Part shown: positions 10,536-18,886 of the stretch, in pieces
How the letters are laid out: every line of letters begins with the position of its first letter
Position numbering within the stretch: the stretch's first letter is position 1
Source: Cyanobacteria bacterium P01_A01_bin.123
GTDB taxonomy: Bacteria; Cyanobacteriota; Cyanobacteriia; Phormidesmidales; Phormidesmidaceae
DNA length: 64,000 nucleotides
Reading direction: 5' to 3'
Assembly: GCA_039815185.1 (NCBI GenBank)
Contig: JBCBZT010000024.1
Coordinates: 48,670 to 112,669 of the forward strand
The notes under the pieces: model-generated
What the model saw: only the letters and a program-made list of their open reading frames with translations
Database searches by the model: none
Told to the model about the DNA's origin: nothing
Program-made: the position numbers and the translations under genes

Positions 10536-10865
10536 ATGAGTCAGCAAGATAATTTTGCATCGGGATTTATCGCCGGAGCCTTCGTTGGCGGTGTGGTTGG
10601 CGGTGTAATCGGAGTTTTGGTGTCGTCGCGTCTTAATCAAGATGAAGGCGATAATGCCAGCGATCGCAGCTTGATCAATCGCTCAGAATCGGGGCAATCC
10701 TTTGAAGATATGACCGAAGCTGGTATGGAGATTGCTCGTCAGGGACTAGAAAGTAAAATTGCCCAACTCAACGAAGCGATCGACGATGTGCGCCAACAGC
10801 TCGATAATGTGAATGGTCACAGCCAGCCGCGCGTCTATGATGACCCGTCAACGATTGATTCTTAA
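10536..10865 (+). CDS. Conserved cyanobacterial small membrane/coiled-coil protein
   Basis: MSQQDNFASGFIAGAFVGG Gly-rich TM then LESKIAQLNEAIDDVRQQL coil; ATG at 10536. Confidence 0.8.
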   Translation: MSQQDNFASGFIAGAFVGGVVGGVIGVLVSSRLNQDEGDNASDRSLINRSESGQSFEDMTEAGMEIARQGLESKIAQLNEAIDDVRQQLDNVNGHSQPRVYDDPSTIDS

Positions 10866-10970
10866 GGTTTAGATGCTGCGATTTTGAGTTTGGATCTTGT
10901 GTTTTTCCGCTGCCCTAATTAGGGTGTGACCCGCGTTGTTTTATTCTGCTGCCGATAGCAGCCTTCATTT

Positions 10971-11741
10971 GTGTCTTTTTTTACGCAGCTGGTCTCTGGC
11001 AATGCTCTAGTTGTTGGGGCTAGCCAGGGCATTGGGTTAGGGTTTGTCAATGCGTTACTACAACAGCCCAATCTGACCCACATTTATGCTACCTATCGCC
11101 ATGCAGAGGCTGTTTCAGAGCTGCAACTGCTCAAGACCGCTTTTCCTGAAAAACTGCACCTGTTGCAGATGGATATCACCCATGAAGTGCAAATTGCTGC
11201 TGCAATTGCCCAGATACAAGCTGAATTGGGAGCACTGCATTTTGCCATCAATTGTGTAGGTATTTTGCACGAGGGCACCCTACAACCCGAAAAGAGCCTG
11301 CGCCAAATTGAGGCCGATCAATTGCTGCACTACTTTAAGGTGAACAGCATTGGCACGATCTTGTTGGCCAAGCATCTACTGCCGTTGCTCAAACACCGCG
11401 ATCGCAGCGTATTTGCTACCATCTCCGCCAAAGTGGGCAGTATTGGCGATAACCGTTTAGGGGGCTGGTATGGCTACCGGGCATCCAAAGCCGCGTTGAA
11501 TATGTTTTTGCACACTGCCGCCATTGAATACGGTCGCAAAAGCCCAAAGACCATTTTGGTAGCGCTCCACCCTGGAACTACCGACACCCAACTTTCAAAA
11601 CCTTTTCAGCGCAATGTCCCGCCAGAAAAGCTGTTTCCTGTTGAGCGTACGGTGGGGCAACTTATCGCCGTGATTGATGGGCTGGAAGAGTCTGACAGCG
11701 GCGAATTTTTTTCTTGGGATGGCAGTCGTTTGCCTTGGTAG
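10971..11741 (+). CDS. SDR oxidoreductase, C-factor (CsgA-like)
   Basis: GASQGIG, SAKVGSIGDN, YGYRASKAALN, LHPGTTDT. Confidence 0.92.
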   Translation: MSFFTQLVSGNALVVGASQGIGLGFVNALLQQPNLTHIYATYRHAEAVSELQLLKTAFPEKLHLLQMDITHEVQIAAAIAQIQAELGALHFAINCVGILHEGTLQPEKSLRQIEADQLLHYFKVNSIGTILLAKHLLPLLKHRDRSVFATISAKVGSIGDNRLGGWYGYRASKAALNMFLHTAAIEYGRKSPKTILVALHPGTTDTQLSKPFQRNVPPEKLFPVERTVGQLIAVIDGLEESDSGEFFSWDGSRLPW

Positions 11742-11781
11742 TCCACTGCTGAGCTCTTCAGAATGATCGCCCTCTCAAAGG

Positions 11782-11975
11782 CTATGCTCCCAAGGCTGTA
11801 ACCTGGGTTGCTTTGACTAGGCCTACTGCGTAGGCCAGGGCGGCTTGAACTTGAATCTGGGTCAGTTCATATTCTTGCATGACTTCTGTTTTGCACATGC
11901 CGCCAGTTCGGGAGCCAATGACGAAGGAAACAGGGACGCGGGTTCCGGCAATCGTGGGCGTACCGTGGTGGATTG
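11782..11975 (-). pseudogene. 5'-truncated DUF433 family antitoxin-like fragment (absent from ORF track)
   Basis: Minus strand reads IHHGTPTIAGTRVPVSFVIGSRTGGMCKTEVMQEYELTQIQVQAALAYA...GA*; no in-frame start before the neighbouring gene's stop. Confidence 0.7.
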
Positions 11976-12007
11976 TAGCGTTGCTACAGGATACCTCAAG
12001 TCCAGCC

Positions 12008-12640
12008 TCAAGAAACTAGTTTCAAACGTAAGACATTCAAAATGTAGTGTATTTTTTCGCTACCTAAACCTACTCCTACAGCGATGTTTCTTTTATCTTT
12101 TAATACTAAATAGCTATTTCCGTCCTCTCTACCCTCAGATATTTCTTCGACTTCACTCCAACTAAATTGCTTGTACCAACCAATGGAGCCGACACCAGTA
12201 AACAACAATGCTGCATCATCCTCCACTGCAATCAGAAAGCGACCAAACAAAGACATTAGCGTAACCCAGACTAATAATATGCTTCCCGCGAGAAAAGGCA
12301 ATCCAAAAAATATTGCCCTAAGATCGAAATCGCCGCTATAAATCTGAGTTCCATAAATTTTAGACAAAGATCCGCCAGCCCAAATGATCGTAAATGGAAC
12401 TAAAAATACCGCCAACATTTTATTATGGCACGAAGCTTCTATTGTCCAATTCAATCCTTCCTCAAAAAAATCAACACCTTCTATGATCTGATCAGCATCG
12501 AAGTTTTCGCGAGATTTTATCGTCAATAAATCGGATAAAGCCTCTAGATTTCCACATTTTGAGCAATACACCGTATCTTTTTCGACATTGATGTTTCTTT
12601 CGTCTATGCCTTGCTTACACTCGCTACATTTAACTTCCAT
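12008..12640 (-). CDS. AT-rich hypothetical membrane protein with N-terminal Zn-ribbon
   Basis: CSEC...CSKC, two TM helices, composition more AT-rich than flanks. Confidence 0.75.
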   Translation of the reverse strand: MEVKCSECKQGIDERNINVEKDTVYCSKCGNLEALSDLLTIKSRENFDADQIIEGVDFFEEGLNWTIEASCHNKMLAVFLVPFTIIWAGGSLSKIYGTQIYSGDFDLRAIFFGLPFLAGSILLVWVTLMSLFGRFLIAVEDDAALLFTGVGSIGWYKQFSWSEVEEISEGREDGNSYLVLKDKRNIAVGVGLGSEKIHYILNVLRLKLVS

Positions 12641-13000
12641 ACTTGTTAAGTTCCCTTTAAGTCACCATTGCAGTCAGATCAGAAAATCTTTATAAAACAT
12701 GCACACAGCATGCTAATTAATATGGAATCTCAGTGTATTTTCAGAGAGATTTGATCTCGATTCTAAAAATACTGATTCTGTGAAAGCCTAAAGGTTATCT
12801 TCAGCGGCTCGAGGTTAACTTTCGGGAAGATCGATCATTTTGTCGCTATCGATGCGGCGACTAGCGATCGCCTCTATCTCGCCACATCACAAGCGCGCCC
12901 TTCACCCCAACACCACCATCAAACGAGCACGCTCTTCAGTCCTTCAAACCGCTATCGTGCTTAACAAACCTAGGTTGAAATGAAAGGCGCATTCTGCATG

Positions 13001-13914
13001 GGTTACGCTTCGAGAAGGCAAAGCCCACGTTCCTCAATCCATCCTACGGTGATGGGCGATCGCAATCAGATGTACTTTAGATGTATGAGAGATGTATGAG
13101 CTTAACGCTGCTCCTAAAGCACGTTTGAAGATGTAACTTGTTGGAGTTGATGGTGCGTTAAGCTTTCGCTAACGCACCGCTAGCGCCGCTCCTTAATGGA
13201 CTTTGCTTGTCTTCAAGGACTGCCTAGCCCGCTAAAATTAGCCTAAACAATCACTGCTGCTCTTCCATGATCGCTGCCAAAGACGTTCCACCGCTCCTTA
13301 CCCCCGAAGACTACTTCGCTTGGGAAGCCCAACAACTTGAAAAGCACGAGTATATCGATGGTAAAGTCTATGCCATGAGCGGCAGCAGCGTGAATCATAG
13401 CCGCATCTCCGTCCGGCTCACCGCCCTATTCGATAACCACTTAGAAAGCACTCATTGCATCACCGGCAACTCAGATCTCAAAGTCAACATCGCCGAAAGT
13501 CCCAACTATATCTACCCCGACGCTAGCGTCACCTGCGACGACCGCGACAAGACGAGCACTCGATACATCACCTACCCCTGTCTAATTGTTGAAGTCCTCT
13601 CCGACAGTACCGAAGCCTATGACCGGGGCGGCAAGTTTAGACTCTACCGCCGCAACCCAGCCTTACAGGAATATCTGCTTGTTGGCTCCACTCGTATCGA
13701 AATGGATCTGTATCGTAAAACTGAGGCAGGTCAGTGGCTTATCCTCAATTATCAGCCTGGTGACATCGTGGAGCTTAAAAGCATCGACCTCAGCTTTCCC
13801 ATTGAGCAGGTTTATCGTGGGCTTACCCTCACCCCAGATGCCTGAGACGCTTATGGTTACTTCTTATCGGTTACGCTTCGAGAAGGCAAAGCCTACGTTC
13901 CTCAATCCATCTAC
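13001..13914. repeat. Two ~46-bp near-identical REP-like direct repeats flanking the Uma2 gene
   Basis: GGTTACGCTTCGAGAAGGCAAAGCCYACGTTCCTCAATCCATC(C)TAC at 13001-13047 and 13869-13914; related copy at 16936-16963. Confidence 0.75.
13267..13845 (+). CDS. Uma2 (DUF820) family endonuclease-fold protein
   Basis: KHEYIDGKVYAM, YPDASVTCD, LIVEVLSDSTEAYDRGGKF. Confidence 0.93.
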   Translation: MIAAKDVPPLLTPEDYFAWEAQQLEKHEYIDGKVYAMSGSSVNHSRISVRLTALFDNHLESTHCITGNSDLKVNIAESPNYIYPDASVTCDDRDKTSTRYITYPCLIVEVLSDSTEAYDRGGKFRLYRRNPALQEYLLVGSTRIEMDLYRKTEAGQWLILNYQPGDIVELKSIDLSFPIEQVYRGLTLTPDA

Positions 13915-14028
13915 GGCGATGGATGATCGCACTGGTGGACAGGCGATCGCAGGCGAATATCCTTATTCCCGATCGCACTAATGTACGGGACAGGCATCTA
14001 GGAAAACAGAAGCAGACTAGACAAGCGG

Positions 14029-14340
14029 TCAAACTCTAAATGGCTCTGATTTTTCATCGAAGTGTAGGGGTAAGACACTTTCAATATTTGCAGTTGGGTG
14101 GGGCACGATGTAGTGGGAGGTAACTTCTCCATTACAAGGGCAGTTGTTAGCAGCTGCTATGCCTGCCTCCATGGCCCTCTTGACCTCAGCCACAGGCCCT
14201 CGAACCACTACAAATTGATGTCCGCTATCGGCCTGATTAATCCCTAAAAGGGAGACCCGCCCTGCTTTGACCATGGCATCTCCCGCTGCCAGGGAAGCCG
14301 GATATCCGTGGGTTTCGATTACGCCGATACTGTAGAGCAT
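14029..14340 (-). CDS. ccmK: BMC-domain carboxysome shell protein, CcmK3-like
   Basis: IET.G.P..LAA.DAMVKAGRV, VRGPVAEV, C-terminal VLP..F...SEPFR as in CcmK3. Confidence 0.85.
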   Translation of the reverse strand: MLYSIGVIETHGYPASLAAGDAMVKAGRVSLLGINQADSGHQFVVVRGPVAEVKRAMEAGIAAANNCPCNGEVTSHYIVPHPTANIESVLPLHFDEKSEPFRV

Positions 14341-14368
14341 AGTGGAATGATCTGATTACGAAGCTTCT

Positions 14369-14569
14369 TTGTTCAATATACTTGAGACCCGACACCTACT
14401 TTATAGGGTTCAACGCTCGACCAATTTTACTATTAATGTTCCAATTTATTTGGATAATGAGGTGTTGCAATACTTTTCTACGCAAGCAGAGGCAGAAGGG
14501 GTTGATCTAACTGAAATGATCAATGACTTGCTTAGGAAGGATATTGATTTGATTGAAGGCGTCAAGTAA
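14369..14569 (+). pseudogene. BrnA/CopG-like antitoxin C-terminal fragment
   Basis: PIYLDNEVLQYF...MINDLLRKDI ribbon-helix-helix-like segment; N-terminus not convincing. Confidence 0.55.
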
Positions 14570-14964
14570 GCGATCGCCCCCTTCACCCCATTCCAATAGC
14601 GATCGTGTCTTCACTCCAAAAGCAATTGCGCAGTATCAGGCTGTCTCATCACCTGTTGATTGTGGCATTGATTTAATTAGCGCTCTTAAAACCTTATTAA
14701 CTGATTCTGGTGTCTTAAAGACTTGGGCCACATCTTCATCCAAAACGACAACTGTCAGATTTTGGGACTTATCGCTGACAGCAAATCGATTTGGTTTTGC
14801 TTTTTGGTAGTCGAGGCGATATTCAGGTAGAAGCTCGTCTTCGTGATTCTGTGTGTGATTGGCTGACACTATGTTTTTGGCGGTTAGCGATCGCTTTTGA
14901 TTGATCCCACTCGAAATCCATATATAGATTAGGGTTGAGGATGCATCTAGTATAGTGCGATCGC
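14570..14964. repeat. 395-bp HIP1-bounded cassette, copy 1
   Basis: Near-identical to 16399-16793; begins and ends with GCGATCGC. Confidence 0.92.
14636..14921 (-). pseudogene. BrnT 5' stub joined to BrnA-like antitoxin, copy 1
   Basis: ATG at 14921 gives MDFEWDQSKAIANRQKHSVS (BrnT N-terminus); another frame gives ELLPEYRLDYQKAKPNRFA...LDEDVAQVFKTPESVNKVLRALI. Confidence 0.75.
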
Positions 14965-14980
14965 GCTTTCCCTCTAAGAA

Positions 14981-15748
14981 GTAGGGTGCTGTTAGGCGAA
15001 TGCCGTAACGCACCGTTGGCGTTGCTATCGATCCCAATCTTTCAAGGCTATTGCTAGCAAGTCATGCTCTCCCCAATTTGGGGCGTAAATATTCTGGTCT
15101 AAAAATCGGTGAATGCTTGAGAACTGCCATGATTGAGGGGTTTCGCACAAGCCATGATGTACTGGGTTGATATGGATGTAGTCGCAGTGTTGGGCGAAGT
15201 CTCGCTCATCGCGGATGAAATGCTCCCAAAATCGACGCTGCCACAGGTTGCGTTCTCCTCGCTTTTTTCGGGATGGTGAAATGTTGCGATCAATCTTCAG
15301 GTGTTGCCTGTAGTGCCGGGTGACGTAGGTTTTGATCAGCTTCAGTCGTAGGGAAATGTCTGCGTTGTCAGCAGGGAGGGTCAGCAGGCAATGGAAATGA
15401 TCTGGCAATAGGACAAAGGCTTCAATGATAAATGGATGTTTTTGCCTGACGGTTGAAATGGCTTCTCTCAGTGCTTTTCGCCCAATATTGGTGCAAAGCC
15501 AGGGTTCTCGTTGGTAGGTGACTTGAGTAATAAAGTAGGTGCCACCAGATATGTAGGCTCTTCGGTAATTTGGCATCGGTGGCGGATGATCTTTGGCTTA
15601 AGATGCCCGTTTGCGGATACCACCTATCAAAGCCAGCGTAGGGTGCGTTAGCTTGGCATAACGCACCGTCGTCCTTATTATTTAGAGGTTTTGGATATGT
15701 GCCTTATTGAGGTTAATGGTGCGTTTTGCTATCGCTAACGCACCCTAC
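14981..15748. repeat. GTAG-family REP palindromes flanking the RAYT gene
   Basis: GTAGGGTGC(T)GTTA-N-TAACGCACC at 14981-15014 and 15638-15667; inverted copy at 15718-15748; core copy at 13152-13178. Confidence 0.85.
15025..15576 (-). mobile_element. REP-associated tyrosine (HUH/Y1) transposase, RAYT
   Basis: GGTYFIT, LLPDHFHC (HUH), LWQRRFWEH.IRDE, DYIHINPV; flanked by REPs. Confidence 0.93.
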
Positions 15749-15819
15749 AAGAGCCGCGATCGCACTCTTTATTCCAATATCAAAAGCGATCGCACTAATT
15801 ACAGCAACCCAAGAGTGCG

Positions 15820-16128
15820 CTATGTCAAGGGACGATTGCGACGATGAGAGAGCCATTTCTCAAAAGATCGATTGCTCTCTCCACTCTGCCTACCCGCAAG
15901 TAACCCTTCTATACCAATGTGTTCGTCTAAATCAGGCCATTCGATGGCGTAACCATCGCCTATGATTTGCCAACTTTGCAGTTCTGTGGGGGATGCATGT
16001 TGCAGACGGGGATACCAGTTTAGGGGAATGCTTAGGCTTCGCCCATCAATCAAATCTACGATCAGTTTATCATCGACAATATTGGCCTGTGCAGCGAGGG
16101 GGTCGGTTTCAAGGGTCAAAGTAGTCAT
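15820..16128 (-). CDS. DUF2442 family protein (putative TA component)
   Basis: LIDGRSLSIPLNWYPRL, IEWPDLDEHIGIEGLL. Confidence 0.88.
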   Translation of the reverse strand: MTTLTLETDPLAAQANIVDDKLIVDLIDGRSLSIPLNWYPRLQHASPTELQSWQIIGDGYAIEWPDLDEHIGIEGLLAGRQSGESNRSFEKWLSHRRNRPLT

Positions 16129-16345
16129 GCCATGCCTCTACTAGAGTTGATTCATGTTCTTTTACAAGCCGTTCGATGTTGCTGAGTTCGTGGTCTCTAA
16201 ATCCTCGATTTTTAGCTAAGGATACCGGATTCAACCAATATTTGGCGATTTGGCGATCGCGCTTAATGTGAATATGAGCAGGTTCACCTCTATCGGAGCT
16301 AAAGAAAATAAAGCTGTAGGGACCAACCTGTAGAACTGTGGGCAT
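16109..16345 (-). CDS. DUF4160 family protein (putative TA component)
   Basis: MPTVLQVGPYSFIFFSSDRGEPAHIHI...EAWHDYF; overlaps the DUF2442 gene. Confidence 0.88.
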   Translation of the reverse strand: MPTVLQVGPYSFIFFSSDRGEPAHIHIKRDRQIAKYWLNPVSLAKNRGFRDHELSNIERLVKEHESTLVEAWHDYFDP

Positions 16346-16398
16346 TGTTGAAGCACTTGCTGATGCTATTAGTCTAGTCTGGTTGGTCGAGCATCGTA

Positions 16399-16793
16399 GC
16401 GATCGCCCCCTTCACCCCATTCCAATAGCGATCGCGCCTTCACTCCAAAAGCAATTGCGCAGTATCAGGCTGTCTCATCACCTGTTGATTGTGGCATTGA
16501 TTTAATTAGCGCTCTTAAAACCTTATTAACTGATTCTGGTGTCTTAAAGACTTGGGCTACATCTTCATCCAAAACGACAACTGTCAGATTTTGGGACTTA
16601 TCGCTGACAGCAAATCGATTTGGTTTTGCTTTCTGGTAGTCGAGGCGATATTCAGGTAGAAGTTCGTCTTTGTGCTTCTGTGTGTGATTGGCTGACACTA
16701 TTTTTTGGGAGGTTAGCGATCGCTTTTGATTGATCCCACTCGAAATCCATATCTAGATCAGGGTGGAGTATGCGGCTAGTATAGTGCGATCGC
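16399..16793. repeat. 395-bp HIP1-bounded cassette, copy 2
   Basis: Near-identical to 14570-14964; begins and ends with GCGATCGC. Confidence 0.92.
16465..16750 (-). pseudogene. BrnT 5' stub joined to BrnA-like antitoxin, copy 2
   Basis: ATG at 16750 gives MDFEWDQSKAIANLPKNSVS; antitoxin-like ORF 16465..16698 with GTG start. Confidence 0.75.
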
Positions 16794-17005
16794 CCCCTCT
16801 ATACCAACACAAACAGCGATCGTCCCTCTATCACAAACAGCGTAATCGCGCCCCTCACCCCAACGCCACCATCAAGCGACGCACCCTTCAGTGCTTCACA
16901 TAGCGATCGCGTTTAAGATGGAAGGCTTATTCTGCATGGGTTTCGTTCCTCAACCCATCCTACGGCGATGGGCGATCGCACTACAAGATCCGCGATCGCA
17001 CTGGA

Positions 17006-18625
17006 TTATGGTGTTCCTCCACGCCCTTCATTTCTTCCAAATTCCAAATAGTGTGCAATTGCACCCATATAATTGTTCTCTCCGTAGACATCAGCTACAT
17101 CAGGATTATTGGATAAATAAAAACGTGGATCAAACTCAGATGAGCCTTGACGACCTTCAGAAACACCGTGATTTAACCAATGATCTACAGCTGCGGAATA
17201 GTTCGCTGAACCAAACGCCTGTTGCAAATCAGGATACTTATTCAAGTAATATTTGACATCAAATATGATGGAACTTCTGCGTCCTTCTTCAATGCCATGA
17301 GTGAGCCAATGTTCCATTGCAGCTACGTAGTTATTAGAGCCAAACTCCTGTTGCAGATCAGTATATTGACCTAGATAATATTGAACATCAAATGCAGGAG
17401 AACTTCTGCGCCCTTCCCCGACACCATAAGTTAGCCAATGATTTCTGGCAGCATCGTGATCATTTTCAAAAGCATTTCTTAAATCACCATAAGTCAGAAG
17501 GTAAAACTCAGGTTCAAGAATAGGTGAGCTTGTCCTGATTTCGTTTTCTCCAAGACTGATTGAACTCCACTTTTCACCAGTCTCAGCATCATAGTTTAAT
17601 GTATTGGCTTCTAAAGTTTTATCTACCTCAATGCTCAATTCTGGTAAAGTTATCAAGATATAAGGCTGATGAGTATTCGGGGTGGGAATCTTGTCACCAA
17701 AGAATCTTTCTGCTCGGTTATAACTGAGTATTCCAAACTTGACTTCAAACTTAGAAAGATCAATTTCCCCAGAGACTTCTAGCAAGGGTGGAATTTCACC
17801 ACCTGCGATATAGGTTGCTAGAGCAGTTCCCAGAGTAAGCGCATCTAGATCGATAATGTCTGAATCAAACTTATCAATCTCACTACCATAGCGCTCAGTT
17901 AGGACTTCAGGTGCTTTTTCAAGCGCATCTTCAGCATTCTTTCTTATATGGATTAACTGATCTTCGCCTAACTGTCTAAAATGATTGGCTAATAGAGTCG
18001 GATTAGAAGAAGTTATTGATGCAGAGGTGACTATAGCCGTTTGAACATAGTCGTCATGAGTCAATTCATCGCCATATATTACAATTCCTTTCTGCTCAAG
18101 TTCTGCCTTTAATTCATGTTTATTAGTAACGTGACCGAAATTTTGACTTAAAAAGCCTTGAAGCACTTCATCGGCGAGATCAGCTTGCATAGCAATCAAT
18201 TGTCGTATTGCACTGCTTGGATTGCTAATATACTCGTCAATTTCAGTAATTGATTTCTCAAAATCATTCAACTCATTCTCCAATTGAGCTGACAGGTCCT
18301 CAAACTTATTGACTGCCGTCTTCCAATTTTCTTTGTCGGTTGGATCACAACCACCATCTACAAAACAATTGTCTAACTCATTGAGTAGCGTCTCCCAATT
18401 TTCTTTGTCGGTTGGATCACAGCCACCATTAAAACAATTGTCTAACTCGTCTAAAGTCTTTGTGCTAATCCTTTCACAAATTCTTTTAAGCAAGACAATC
18501 CGGCAAAGCGCATTATTTCCTTGGAGCCCCTTAAACCTCTCTCCTGAAGAGCTAGAGAGACAGCTTGTAGAAATAATTCCGACAGCCAGGGCAAGTGTCA
18601 GTGTTTTATAAGATATTGCTTTCAT
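17006..18625 (-). CDS. AT-rich putative lipoprotein with Cys-containing duplication and C-terminal GxxEGR repeats
   Basis: Signal peptide ending STSC; LDNCF..GGCDPTDKENW twice; four FD..YYL..Y.DL...HW...G..EGR repeats. Confidence 0.8.
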   Translation of the reverse strand: MKAISYKTLTLALAVGIISTSCLSSSSGERFKGLQGNNALCRIVLLKRICERISTKTLDELDNCFNGGCDPTDKENWETLLNELDNCFVDGGCDPTDKENWKTAVNKFEDLSAQLENELNDFEKSITEIDEYISNPSSAIRQLIAMQADLADEVLQGFLSQNFGHVTNKHELKAELEQKGIVIYGDELTHDDYVQTAIVTSASITSSNPTLLANHFRQLGEDQLIHIRKNAEDALEKAPEVLTERYGSEIDKFDSDIIDLDALTLGTALATYIAGGEIPPLLEVSGEIDLSKFEVKFGILSYNRAERFFGDKIPTPNTHQPYILITLPELSIEVDKTLEANTLNYDAETGEKWSSISLGENEIRTSSPILEPEFYLLTYGDLRNAFENDHDAARNHWLTYGVGEGRRSSPAFDVQYYLGQYTDLQQEFGSNNYVAAMEHWLTHGIEEGRRSSIIFDVKYYLNKYPDLQQAFGSANYSAAVDHWLNHGVSEGRQGSSEFDPRFYLSNNPDVADVYGENNYMGAIAHYLEFGRNEGRGGTP

Positions 18626-18812
18626 GTTTGATTCTCTTTCCTTAGGTTTTAAGACAGAATTTAAAGCGGTATCAAAAGTTACTGTGCCATGTACTCGTTA
18701 GGATTATTGATCTCCTTCAATGCATATTTCGGACAGTTCAGTAGATTATCCGGATATTTACTGAGAGAATAACCACCAAATCAATATGTATTAAAAACAT
18801 GCACCAAAAAAC

Positions 18813-18842
18813 AGAACCCAGCAAAGTAACTTTGCTGGGTTC
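18813..18842 (-). terminator. chlH terminator hairpin
   Basis: GAACCCAGCAAAG-TAA-CTTTGCTGGGTTC, with a T-run nearby on the minus strand. Confidence 0.7.
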
Positions 18843-18886
18843 CGAAATTGTTCAACCAATAATCAGCTTCACTATCTCAAAGCAGC

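Noticed and set aside
14922..15037. N-terminal extension of ORF 14636..15037
   Set aside because: Reads through a REP and a HIP1 boundary and is absent from the second copy
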